From Acidobacteriota bacterium (GTDB taxonomy: Bacteria; Acidobacteriota; UBA890; WLXD01): a DNA stretch of 64,000 nt. The stretch lies in contig CBDBHB010000008.1 in assembly GCA_965205505.1 (NCBI GenBank), forward strand, positions 480,001 to 544,000, in the 5' to 3' direction. Both the position numbers and the translations under genes were made by a program. Position 1 is the first letter of the stretch, and each line of letters starts with the position of its first letter. Below, one piece after another: positions 22,559 to 32,569 of this stretch. Below the pieces are notes generated by a model. It was not told the origin of the DNA and did not search any database. It saw only the letters and a list, made by a program, of their open reading frames with translations.

Positions 22559-23377
22559 TTACTTGAGTGTCACCCAGATCAGATCGATCGTCGTGTCGCC
22601 GGTGTTCCCTGATTCGTGCTGCGCGCTCAGGGGAACCGCGTTCGACCACCCGACGGAGCCGGTCTTCGAGAACGGTGACGGATCGCGCTGCACGCCGCCG
22701 CGGCGTCCCGACCAGATGCCTCCCTTGATGTGGATGTAGACCTGGTTGCCGGGATGCGAGTGGATGCCCTCCCACTCACCGGGGCGGAGGTTGAACCGTT
22801 GTACGACGACACGCTCGTTCTCGAGGAGCACGTCACCGTCGGGATCTGCCAGGTTCGGGTAGGTCAACACAAACTGCGTGTCGGCAGCGGCAACCGGCCC
22901 ATCTTTCTTCAGCGTCACCCAGATCAGATCGATCGGGGCATCGCCGGTGTTGCCGGATTCGTGCCCCTCGCTGAGCGCGATCGGCTCCATCCAGCCCACC
23001 GAACCGTCCTCACGGGCGGCACCGGAGGTAGCCTCGCCTCCTCCTCTACGGCCTGACCATTGCCCGCCCTTGACATGCACGAAAACCTGGTTGCCGGGAT
23101 GCGAGTGGATCCCCTCCCACTCGCCCGGACCCACGACGAACCGTTGCACCACGACAAGCTCGTTCTCGAGCAGCACCTCGCCGCCAGGATTCGCGAGGTT
23201 CGGGTAGGTCAGCAGAAACTGCTCGTCGCTGGCGGCAGCAGGCGCCGGCTCGGGCCGCGTCACAGCTTGCTGACTACCGCCACAGGCGGCAGTGAGGAGG
23301 ATCAAGACAACGTTCAATATCAGGCTACGTCGCACGGTTTTCTCCAGCGCACGATGAGGGGAGCGGGCTGGGGGCAA
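22559..23377 (-). CDS. Lipoprotein with two tandem cupin-like domains
   Basis: Lipobox LTAAC; near-identical repeat LLENE.VVVQRF...PGEWEGIHSHPGNQV...HESGNTGD..IDLIWVTLK occurs twice. Confidence 0.75.
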   Translation of the reverse strand: MPPARSPHRALEKTVRRSLILNVVLILLTAACGGSQQAVTRPEPAPAAASDEQFLLTYPNLANPGGEVLLENELVVVQRFVVGPGEWEGIHSHPGNQVFVHVKGGQWSGRRGGGEATSGAAREDGSVGWMEPIALSEGHESGNTGDAPIDLIWVTLKKDGPVAAADTQFVLTYPNLADPDGDVLLENERVVVQRFNLRPGEWEGIHSHPGNQVYIHIKGGIWSGRRGGVQRDPSPFSKTGSVGWSNAVPLSAQHESGNTGDTTIDLIWVTLK

Positions 23378-23423
23378 TCGCAGGCGGCCCGCTCGCAGCT
23401 CGGTGTCGACCGCATGGACCGCT

Positions 23424-23843
23424 CTACATCCAGCCGAGCTCCTTCATCGCCCACGGGGCATTCCATATCTTGATCATGCGCTCCACTTCATCGCTCTCGT
23501 TCATGGTTATTACATAGACATAGTGCGTGTTCGTTTCTTTGTTGGTCGGAGGGACCGGACCACCGTCGCCAGTATGCGTGGCGTGGTACGTGGCGAAGAA
23601 AACCGCGCTTCTCGTCGCCTCGTCATAAGAAGAGGTGTGTAGGTCGTAGGTCGCGCCGGGAACTGTCACGTTGGCAAAGCCAGCCATCCACTCGCAGTAA
23701 GCCTCGACCGTGTGTATGTCGACCAGAGGTTCACTCTGCGCGGCGAACGTCGCACCGTCAGCGACATACTCCTTACAAGACTCCCATCCCGTTGCTGCGT
23801 CACAAGCCTTGAAGAATTTCCTGGCGTTGTCGAAAGCGCTCAT
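23424..23843 (-). CDS. SnoaL-like / NTF2-fold ester cyclase family protein
   Basis: ATFAAQSEPL...Y..WM, THTGDGGPVPPT, KIWNAPWAMKELGW. Confidence 0.75.
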   Translation of the reverse strand: MSAFDNARKFFKACDAATGWESCKEYVADGATFAAQSEPLVDIHTVEAYCEWMAGFANVTVPGATYDLHTSSYDEATRSAVFFATYHATHTGDGGPVPPTNKETNTHYVYVITMNESDEVERMIKIWNAPWAMKELGWM

Positions 23844-23930
23844 CCTCTCCTCCAATAGATGTTCGTGCTGCTCCGGAAGCGACCGGAATCCGGCGTATGG
23901 TATCCGGTGTGCGGGAGTGAGAGTATGACC

Positions 23931-24209
23931 CTAGCAGGCCGTGGTGAAAGTGTGGTGGGTCTGGCAACAGGGTCTTGCGAAGTGCAGGCAAGGAGAGAGG
24001 AGGAGGCGATGGTTACACCATCGTTGACGAGGAACGACGCAGCATACGCGCGCAACCCCCTGTCGCCCGAAGGGTTACGGCGAGTTGGGGCCATTTGCGG
24101 CGTTGGCCTTCCTCGACGATGGCTTGGGCATCGCCTGTGTCAGGCTGCCTTGCATCTGGCCCCAACTGGCCGTAACCAGACCCACCACACTTTCACCACG
24201 GCCTGCTAG
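23931..24209. mobile_element. CTAG-flanked 271-bp palindromic element, type C
   Basis: CTAG at 23931-34 and 24206-09; perfect 30-bp TIR CAGGCCGTGGTGAAAGTGTGGTGGGTCTGG; same internal motifs as types A and B. Confidence 0.85.
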
Positions 24210-24337
24210 GTCTAGGGAGTCGCGATCACAGCCACTCGGGCGAGCCACTAGCCGACAGTCCTGACCGGTCCGCTCATGAGTAGCGGATCAACGCGATGCA
24301 GGCGTCAACCCGAGTGCGCGAAGACTGGAATGGGCGC

Positions 24338-26353
24338 ATGAAGAAGTCCGACCGCGACCTGGGGATGGACCGGGGGATCACCCGGCGCGACTTCCTGAAC
24401 GGCACCAGCGCAGCGATCGGCGGCGCGGGCGCGATCGGTGCGGCGGTGCTCCCGGGTGCCAAGGCCGCCGCGGCGGAGCCGCCCAGTACCTCTTCCGCCC
24501 GAACACCGTCGGCGCAGGCCTCGCCCGAGTCCGGGGTTTACTACCCGCCAAAGCTGACCGGGATGCGCGGCAGCCACGAGGGGTCTTTCGAGGTCGCGCA
24601 CGAGATGCGTTACGGGAAGACCTGGGACGAGGCGGAGGACACCGGCGAGAGCTACGATCTGATTGTCGTGGGGGGAGGGTTGAGCGGGCTGGCCGCCGCG
24701 TGGTTTTTCAAGAAAGGGCTCCCTGAATCGAAAGTGCTCGTGCTCGACAACCACGACGACTTCGGCGGCCATGCCAAGCGCAACGAATTCATGGTGAACG
24801 GCCGCCAGGTGATCGGCTTCGGCGGCACGATGTCGATCCACGGCGCCAACAGCTACACGTACGAGGCCAAGGCGCTGCTGGAGGAGATCGGCATCGACAA
24901 ACAGCGTTACCTGGCGACCACCGAGTCAGACCGCGGCCTCTACCGGAGGATGGGCCTGCGTCCGGCCGTGTTCTTCGACCGCGAGACATTCGGCGAGGAT
25001 CGGCTAGTGGTCGGGAGGCCGCGGCGGAGCTCCGATCCAGCCCGACCCGGCTCGCTCACCTGGGAGGAGTTCCTCGCCAAGACGCCGCTGTCCGACAACG
25101 TCAAGAAAGACATGCTCCGACTCTACGAGGGCAAGCGCGACTACCTCCCTGGCTTGTCGCTCGAAGAGAAGAAACAGCGGTTACGTAAGATCAGCTATCA
25201 GGACTATCTGCTCGAGGTCGTGAAGGCGGATCCGGGGGTGATCCCCTACTTCATGCGGCGGGGCGACGCCAATGGCTCGGCCGGGATCGACTCCTGTAGT
25301 GCCTGGGGCGCCCTCCGCACCGGGTGGTTCCCGGGCTTCGATGGGCTCGGGGTGGAACGACCGCCGCAGAGCTGGCTCGGCCCCGGCGACGACTTCGGCA
25401 ACAGCATCCACTTCCCCGACGGCAACGCCGCGGTTGCCCGGCTGATCGTCAGATGGCTGATCCCTAAGGCTCTCCCGGGCACGACGATGGAAGACTCGGT
25501 GGCGACGCCCGTCAACTATGCCGCCATCGACGAGGACGGAAGCCCGGTTCGCATCCGGCTCAACAGCACGGTGGTCAACGCCCGCCACGTCGGCGAGCGC
25601 CGCACCGCCAGCGAAGTCGAGGTGACCTACGTGCGCCACGGGAAGGCGCACCGTGCGCGCGGCGCAACCTGCGTAATGGCCTGCTACAACGCCATGATTC
25701 CCTATCTCTGTCCCGACTTTCCGGAGGAGCAGAAGGAAGCCCTGCACATGGCCGTGCGCAGGCCGCTTGTCTACACCAGCGTCGTGTTGCAGAACTGGAA
25801 GGCCTTCGAGAAGCTCGGCGTGGCGAACATCTACAGCCCAGGCGGATACCACGAGGTAATTGACTTGGACTACGGCCGAAGCCTCGGCGACTACCAGTGC
25901 GCACAGACGCCCGAGGATCCGATGGTGTTGCACCTGCAGCGCTTCCCGATCCACCCTGGGTTGACGGCCCGCGAGCAGTTCCGTGCCGGCCGCGAGGAGT
26001 TGCAGTCGACCTCGTTCGAGACCTTCGAGCGCAATATTCGTGATCAACTGGGCCGTGCCTTGGCGGATGGCGGCTTCGATCCGGCACGCGACATCGAGGC
26101 CATCACGGCGAACCGCTGGCCGCACGGCTACGCTGGCGGCGCCAACGACCTCTACGACCCCGAATGGGGATATGACGAGGTGCCCTGGGTTCGCGGCCGT
26201 CAGCGCTTCGGTCGCATCACGGTGGCCAACTCCGACGCCGGCGCCACCAGCTTGACCCACGCCGCCATCGACCAGGCACACCGGGCGGTGCAGGAGCTGT
26301 TGACCGACGTCATCCGTCCCGAGTTCCAGTACCCGTGGGCCGAGCGAACCTGA
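24338..26353 (+). CDS. Tat-exported FAD-dependent oxidoreductase, spermidine dehydrogenase (SpdH)-like, copy 1
   Basis: ITRRDFLNG Tat motif, GMRGSH.GSF, VVGGGLSGLAAA, DNHDDFGGHAKRNEF, NRWPHGYA. Confidence 0.85.
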   Translation: MKKSDRDLGMDRGITRRDFLNGTSAAIGGAGAIGAAVLPGAKAAAAEPPSTSSARTPSAQASPESGVYYPPKLTGMRGSHEGSFEVAHEMRYGKTWDEAEDTGESYDLIVVGGGLSGLAAAWFFKKGLPESKVLVLDNHDDFGGHAKRNEFMVNGRQVIGFGGTMSIHGANSYTYEAKALLEEIGIDKQRYLATTESDRGLYRRMGLRPAVFFDRETFGEDRLVVGRPRRSSDPARPGSLTWEEFLAKTPLSDNVKKDMLRLYEGKRDYLPGLSLEEKKQRLRKISYQDYLLEVVKADPGVIPYFMRRGDANGSAGIDSCSAWGALRTGWFPGFDGLGVERPPQSWLGPGDDFGNSIHFPDGNAAVARLIVRWLIPKALPGTTMEDSVATPVNYAAIDEDGSPVRIRLNSTVVNARHVGERRTASEVEVTYVRHGKAHRARGATCVMACYNAMIPYLCPDFPEEQKEALHMAVRRPLVYTSVVLQNWKAFEKLGVANIYSPGGYHEVIDLDYGRSLGDYQCAQTPEDPMVLHLQRFPIHPGLTAREQFRAGREELQSTSFETFERNIRDQLGRALADGGFDPARDIEAITANRWPHGYAGGANDLYDPEWGYDEVPWVRGRQRFGRITVANSDAGATSLTHAAIDQAHRAVQELLTDVIRPEFQYPWAERT

Positions 26354-26409
26354 TCCCGGCATTTGCCGGGCCGCCGCAGTCACGATCAGGCTTCTAGAGG
26401 AGCAAAACG

Positions 26410-28410
26410 ATGAAAAAGACGGGTCGAGAGCTCGGGATGGATCGCGACATCACGCGGCGCGATTTCTTTAACGGCGCCAGTGTAGCGATCGGTGGCACGT
26501 TGTTCTCCGCAGCCACTCCAGCCACTGGAACGCCGGCGGCGGCCGGCGCCGGGCGCCGATCCCAAGCAGCGACGTTGCCACAGAGCTCACCCGACTACTA
26601 CCCGCCGGCATTGACCGGGCTGCGTGGCAGCCACGAGGGTTCCTACGAAGTCGCTCATGAGATGCGGACCGGCAAGACCTGGGACCGAGCCGAGGAGACC
26701 GGCGAGCTCTACGATCTGATCGTCGTCGGTGGCGGGCTCAGCGGGCTGGCGGCAGCGTATTACTTCCGCAAGGCCTTGCCGGAATCCAAGGTCCTGGTTC
26801 TAGACAACCACGACGACTTCGGGGGGCACGCCAAGCGAAACGAGTTCAGGGTCGGCGACCGTCAGGTGATAGGTCATGGCGGCGCGGTCTACATCACCGG
26901 GGCCTACACGCCGGAGGGTAAGGCGTTGCTCGACGACATCGGGCTCAACGCCGAGCGTTTCCGCAAGCTGCCGGACTTCGATCGCGGCCTCTACGGCAGG
27001 ATGGGTCTCCAACGCGGCGTCTTCTTTGACAAGGAGACGTTCGGCGTCGATCGACTCGCCGTCGGTGAGCCGAGTAGCTCGATCAGCTACATCGGCGCTG
27101 CGGCCAGCATGCAGCCCTGGACGGAGTTCCTTGCCAAGACCCCCCTCTCGGAAACGGTACAACAGGATATCGTCCGGCTCCACGAGGACACCCACGACTA
27201 TCTTCCGGGTTTGACCAAGGAACAGAAGATCGAGCGGCTGCGCAAGATCAGCTATCAGGACTATCTTCTGAAGGTCGCGAAAGTGGACCCGGGCGTCATT
27301 CCCTATCTTCTCCGGCGCGGTGACCCGAATGGCGCCGCCGGTATCGATTCCTATAGCGCCTGGGGAGCGCTGCGCTCCGGCTTGTTTCCCGGGCTCGGCG
27401 GTCTCGGGCTCGAGCGGCCCGACAGAAACTGGCTGGGTGAGGAGGAGAACCCGTTGCAGGGCATCCACTTCCCCGACGGGAATGCCGGCGTCGCACGACT
27501 CATCGTCCGCTGGCTGATCCCGAAAGCGCTGCCGGGACACACCATGGAGGACTCGGTGGCGACCCCGGTTCGCTACGCGGCGCTCGATGAATCCGGAAAT
27601 CGGGTCCGCATCCGCCTCAACAGCACCGTCGTAGGCGCGCGGCACGTGGGCGACAAGCGGACAGCAAGCGAAGTGGAGGTCACCTATGTTCGGGACGACA
27701 AGGCCTACCGTGTGCGGGGTGGGACCTGCGTACTCGCTTGCTACAACTCGATGATTCCTTATCTCTGCCCGGAGCTGCCGGACGAGCAGAAAGAGGCACT
27801 GCACATGGCGGTGCGGCGACCTTTCGTCTACAGCAACGTCGTGGTGCGCGACTGGAAGGCTTTTCACAAGCTCGGTGTGTCGGGCGTTCACTGCCCCGGC
27901 AGTTACTACGAATCGATCGACCTGGACTGGGGCGTCAGCCTGGGCGACTACCAGTGCGCCCATACGCCGGACGAGCCGATGTTCCTGCGCCTGATACGTT
28001 CACCCATCGCACCGGGGCTCACCGCCCGGGATCAATTCCGGGCGGGGCGGGAGGAGCTGCAGACCACCACGTTCGAAACATACGAGCGTAATATCAGAGA
28101 GCTGTTGAGCCGAGTGCTGGAGGGCGGAGGCTTCGACCCGGCGCGCGACATCGCTGCCATCACCGTCAACCGCTGGCCGCATGGCTATGCCGGAGGAGCG
28201 AACGATCTCTACGATCCGGAGTGGTCGTACGATCAGGCACCGTGGGTAAAGGGTCGCAAGCGGTTCGGGCGCATCACCGTTGCCAACTCCGACGCGGCAG
28301 CGGTCTGCTTGACACAAGCGGCCTTCGATCAGGCACACCGCGCCGTCGGAGAGCTGGTGACCGACGTCATCCGTCCCGAGTTCCAGTATCCGTGGGCCGA
28401 GCGAACCTGA
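26410..28410 (+). CDS. SpdH-like Tat FAD oxidoreductase, copy 2
   Basis: Same motifs; C-terminus TDVIRPEFQYPWAERT is identical to copy 1. Confidence 0.85.
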   Translation: MKKTGRELGMDRDITRRDFFNGASVAIGGTLFSAATPATGTPAAAGAGRRSQAATLPQSSPDYYPPALTGLRGSHEGSYEVAHEMRTGKTWDRAEETGELYDLIVVGGGLSGLAAAYYFRKALPESKVLVLDNHDDFGGHAKRNEFRVGDRQVIGHGGAVYITGAYTPEGKALLDDIGLNAERFRKLPDFDRGLYGRMGLQRGVFFDKETFGVDRLAVGEPSSSISYIGAAASMQPWTEFLAKTPLSETVQQDIVRLHEDTHDYLPGLTKEQKIERLRKISYQDYLLKVAKVDPGVIPYLLRRGDPNGAAGIDSYSAWGALRSGLFPGLGGLGLERPDRNWLGEEENPLQGIHFPDGNAGVARLIVRWLIPKALPGHTMEDSVATPVRYAALDESGNRVRIRLNSTVVGARHVGDKRTASEVEVTYVRDDKAYRVRGGTCVLACYNSMIPYLCPELPDEQKEALHMAVRRPFVYSNVVVRDWKAFHKLGVSGVHCPGSYYESIDLDWGVSLGDYQCAHTPDEPMFLRLIRSPIAPGLTARDQFRAGREELQTTTFETYERNIRELLSRVLEGGGFDPARDIAAITVNRWPHGYAGGANDLYDPEWSYDQAPWVKGRKRFGRITVANSDAAAVCLTQAAFDQAHRAVGELVTDVIRPEFQYPWAERT

Positions 28411-28485
28411 TCGCCGCACCCCGAGCCCCATCGATCTCATGAGACAGGGCGCCGTCGGGGCTGGGATTGGGGAGAGACATCGCTT

Positions 28486-28558
28486 CTAGCAGGCCGCCTT
28501 GCATCTGGCCCCAACTCGCCGTAACCAGACCCACCACACTTCCACCACGGCCTGCTAG
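28486..28558. repeat. Internally deleted 65-bp type-C element between two CTAG
   Basis: CTAG-CAGGCCGCCTTGCATCTGGCCCCAACTCGCCGTAACCAGACCCACCACACTTCCACCACGGCCTG-CTAG matches 24141-24205. Confidence 0.8.
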
Positions 28559-30086
28559 GTCCCCATTTGGCGCAGCAACTCGCTGGCGCACATGTAGCCG
28601 GGGGTTCCGGCTACCGAGCCGCAGGGGTAGGTGCTGGAGCCACAGATGGACACGTTCTCGAACTCCCCGAACTGGTAGAAGCGCCGGTTCGCATCGTCGG
28701 CATATTGTCGATCGAAGTAACTTTGCCCCTCGACGAGCATGGTGTGTTCAATGTTGCCACCTGAAAATCCGAAGGTTTGCTGCAGGTCCCGAGGTGTGAG
28801 CAGCCGAGTCCAGACGCAATCCTCGGGATTGGCGATAAAGCTCAGGATGATCTCCTTTACCTCGGCTTCCACCCCGGCGAGTTGTTCTCCGGTTTGCGCC
28901 AGCGCGAGATTCTTGAAGAACACCGTCAGCCGGTCATAGGCCTCGACGAGGCCGATGTGACGCATGGCTGCGCCTTCGCAATAAACCTGGAAGTAGCCCG
29001 GGGCGAACTCCTCCCCATCTACGACCGCCAGGGTCGCTGCTTCAGAGCCTGCCATCGTGTCCACGGCGAACATGTAGCGGAAAGCCGAGTCGGATTCCGG
29101 ATTCTCACCGCCGTGTTTCCACTGCACAGGATTGCGGAACATGAGGTTGAGTTTGCCGGCAGTGCCAAGCACCCGTTCCTGGGCGGTGTGTTGGATTAGC
29201 GCCGGATCACCGGTCAGGCGCGCGGCGGTTTGAGGATCGGTAGCAAACGCTACGTGGTCCGAGTGGAGCGTCTGCGGGCCGGAGGAATTCCCATAGCGCA
29301 CGATGCCGGTCTTGGTGTCCACTTCGTGCACCGTGCAGGACAACACGAGATCCACCCCCAGTTCCTGGTTGATTCGGCCGAGCTCACGCGTAATCTGCCA
29401 GATGCCGCCCCGCACGTAGCCGTAGTAGCCGCCGAATACCGAGCCGGAGCTCATCATCGGAATAATGAATGCAGAGTGGGGCTCGGACAGGGATACCGGA
29501 CCGCTTTCCGTGACGCTCATGGCAATGTGCAGCTTGGTACGCTCGGCGCTCAGGTAATGATCCAATAGCGTCCTGGCGCTCCCGGTGATCCACAGCGCGG
29601 CCAGGTCTGCCCCCAACTCTGCAACCGTTTTCTCAACGCTGGGCGGCTGACCGGCTCGATAGCCAGCTTGCAGAAAGCGCACCACCCGATCTTTATCGGC
29701 GCGTAGGCCGCCAGATCACCTTGTTCTCCCCACCTGTCGGCGAACTCCCGGGCCGCCTCGGACGCATCACGGTAGATCCGGGTGGGCTGTTCGATGCCAG
29801 GGAAGAACACCAGGTCCGGATGGCTGCCTGCCCTGCCCTGCAAGCGATCCGCCAGACCCGTCTCCCACCAGACAAAGTCCTGCATCAGCCCCAGCGTCGT
29901 AGCGCCGAGAGGGTACTCTTGCCGGATGCCCTGCACCTCGACTGTTTCCGACACACAGGCGCCCCCAACCCGCTCGAGCAGGGTGACCTGGTGCCCAGCG
30001 CGCACCAGGTAGTTGGCCGCGACCAGGCCGTTGATACCAGCACCGATGACAGCGATGTTCTGTGAGGTTTTCGTCACGGAGCACAA
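28555..30086 (-). pseudogene. Phytoene dehydrogenase-like FAD oxidoreductase with a frameshift near 29690-29710
   Basis: N-terminal IAVIGAGINGLVAANYL (29550..30086) and C-terminal GGNIEH...CGSSTYPCGSVAG.PG (28555..29685) lie in different frames. Confidence 0.75.
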
Positions 30087-30370
30087 GCTATCATTCCATT
30101 CGGATTCTCAATGTCTCTAGCGGAGAAGGAGAATACCGCGCCGTCAGCCGCCGATTCTCGTTGCACCATTTCGTGCACCCCATTCGCGGCATCCCTGTAG
30201 TACCGTAGTGCACTCTGTGCAACGATCTGCACCGCCACAAGTCTCAGGCGCGTATGTCCGATCGGCCGATGCGGCGTGTTCTCAGGGGTTACCGCAAGCC
30301 TCGGAAACCATAGATACCCGACTCGAAATCTTGTTCCGCGCGGTTGCCGCGTTAGAGAATTGGAGGAGCT

Positions 30371-32377
30371 ATGTCTAGACGTGAGGATCGTGATCTCGGG
30401 ATGCACCGGGACATCAGTCGACGCGACTTCATCAATGGTGTGGGGGTTGCGATCGGCGGGTCGCTCATCGCACCTGGCTGGCTGTCGGCGCGTGAAGGTG
30501 CGCCCTACCCGTCCCTGGGGCAGGACTACTACCCACCGGCCCTGACTGGAATGCGCGGCAGTCACCCCGGTTCCTTCGAGGCCGGCCATGCGCTCCGCGA
30601 CGGCAATAGCTGGACCGATGCCACCGACACGCGCGAGAGCTACGACATGGTGGTGGTCGGAGGGGGGCTGAGCGGGCTCTCGGCGGCCTATTTCTTCCTG
30701 ACCTCGGCGGGCCGCGGCGCACGGGTGCTGGTGCTCGACAACCACGATGACTTCGGCGGTCATGCCAAGCGCAACGAGATGACCTATCGAGGCCGTACGT
30801 TGATGCTCAACGGCGGCACGTCGTACATGGAGTCCGTGGGTCACTACAGCGCCGTCTCCAGGACGCTCCTCGCCGCGCTCGGCATCGACATCGACAGTGC
30901 AGATGCCACCAGCACCGCGGGTGGGAGGTTCTACCGATCGCTGGGCCTCGGTAGCGCCACGTTCTTCGCCGAAGAGGTGTTCGGTGAAGATCGGCTGGTG
31001 ATGGGACGCGGCGGGCAATCCGGTGGATGGGCAGATTGGCTCGCCCAGACCCCGATGTCTCCAGAGGCGCAGAGGGACATCGTGCGGCTCTACGACGACG
31101 GTGCGAACCCGGACTATATGCCCGGACTGTCGGATGCGGACAAGAAGGAGCGCTTGGCCCGAATGAGCTATCGGGACTTCCTCGTCGATCTGGCCAAGGT
31201 TCACCCCGATGTGATCGCCTTCTTCGATGACCGCCCGAAGGGCAGCTTCTGTGTGGGTATCGACGGCCATCCGGCGCTCTATGGATGGGTGCAGGGCTAT
31301 CCCGGCTTCCAAGGAATGAACCTCGAGCCCCTCTCACCCGTGGGCCCCCTCGCACACATCGGCGGCGGCCAACACGGGCGCGAGGACGAGTGGGACGAAG
31401 GACCGAACATCGTGTTTCCCGACGGCAACGCGACGGTCGCCCGGCTGATGGTGCGCGCCATGATTCCCGACGCGCTTCCGGGCACCTCACTGGACGACTC
31501 GATGACGTCACGCCTGAGGTACGACCGCATCGACCGCGAGGGCTCCGACGCCCGGATCCGCCTCAACAGCATGGCCGTATCTGTCCGCCACCTGGGCGAT
31601 CCCGACACCGCTCGCGAGGTCGAGATCACCTATGTGCGCGGCGGCAAGGCCGAGAAGGTACGGGCGGCTCACTGTGTGATGGGGTGCTACAACGGGGTCA
31701 TCCCGCACCTGTGCCCGGAGATGTCCGACGAGCAGAAGGTGGCGCTCATGTATGGCGTCAAGATGCCGCTCGTCTACACCAACGTTCTCATCCGAAATTG
31801 GACGGCCTTCACAAACCTGGGTATCTCACGGGTGACCGCTCCGGGGATGTACCACACCGGGGTGAACCTGGGCCGCTCCATCCAGTTCGGTGACTACCAA
31901 CCCTCCAGATCGGCTGACGACCCGATGATCCTGCACATGTCCAGGATGCCTTGCGCTCCCGGACACCCGAAGAAGGAGCAACATCGCATCGGGCGAGAGG
32001 ATCTGCTGGCCACCACCTTCGAGACCTTCGAGCGCAACATCCGCGACCAGCTCGGTCGAATGCTCGAGGGTGGGGGCTTCGACCCGGCCCGCGACATCGA
32101 AGCGATCACCGTGAATCGCTGGCCGCACGGCTATGCCTATAGCTACAACACCCTGGACGATCCGATCGAGTGGGCGCTGTTCACCCCCGACGATCGGCCG
32201 TGCGTCGTCGGCAGGCGGCGATTCGGGCGGATTTCCATCGCCAACTCCGATGCTGCTGCCTCCACCCACACGGACTCAGCCTTCGACGAGGCGCATCGAG
32301 CCGTCCGCGAGCAACTCCTCGTTCGGAGCCTTGCCCGGCGAAGAACCTCCACTACGGACAAGATGCTGCCCCGGTAG
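30371..32377 (+). CDS. SpdH-like Tat FAD oxidoreductase, copy 3
   Basis: ISRRDFING, GMRGSHPGSF, DNHDDFGGHAKRNE, NRWPHGYA. Confidence 0.85.
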   Translation: MSRREDRDLGMHRDISRRDFINGVGVAIGGSLIAPGWLSAREGAPYPSLGQDYYPPALTGMRGSHPGSFEAGHALRDGNSWTDATDTRESYDMVVVGGGLSGLSAAYFFLTSAGRGARVLVLDNHDDFGGHAKRNEMTYRGRTLMLNGGTSYMESVGHYSAVSRTLLAALGIDIDSADATSTAGGRFYRSLGLGSATFFAEEVFGEDRLVMGRGGQSGGWADWLAQTPMSPEAQRDIVRLYDDGANPDYMPGLSDADKKERLARMSYRDFLVDLAKVHPDVIAFFDDRPKGSFCVGIDGHPALYGWVQGYPGFQGMNLEPLSPVGPLAHIGGGQHGREDEWDEGPNIVFPDGNATVARLMVRAMIPDALPGTSLDDSMTSRLRYDRIDREGSDARIRLNSMAVSVRHLGDPDTAREVEITYVRGGKAEKVRAAHCVMGCYNGVIPHLCPEMSDEQKVALMYGVKMPLVYTNVLIRNWTAFTNLGISRVTAPGMYHTGVNLGRSIQFGDYQPSRSADDPMILHMSRMPCAPGHPKKEQHRIGREDLLATTFETFERNIRDQLGRMLEGGGFDPARDIEAITVNRWPHGYAYSYNTLDDPIEWALFTPDDRPCVVGRRRFGRISIANSDAAASTHTDSAFDEAHRAVREQLLVRSLARRRTSTTDKMLPR

Positions 32378-32569
32378 GACCAGGGCGTGTTTAGCGCGCG
32401 CCGAGACCTCAAAAGACCGCCGTCGCCTTGACGAAGAGGGTGTCGCCCTGGTCGGAGCGCTCGCCGAACTCGGCGGTGCCACGCTGAGGTACTCTCCTGA
32501 TCGGGGTCGAGGTCGAGGTCGAGGCGCTGGAGCTCATACCCTAGCGACAGACCGTCGGTGAGCTTGTAA

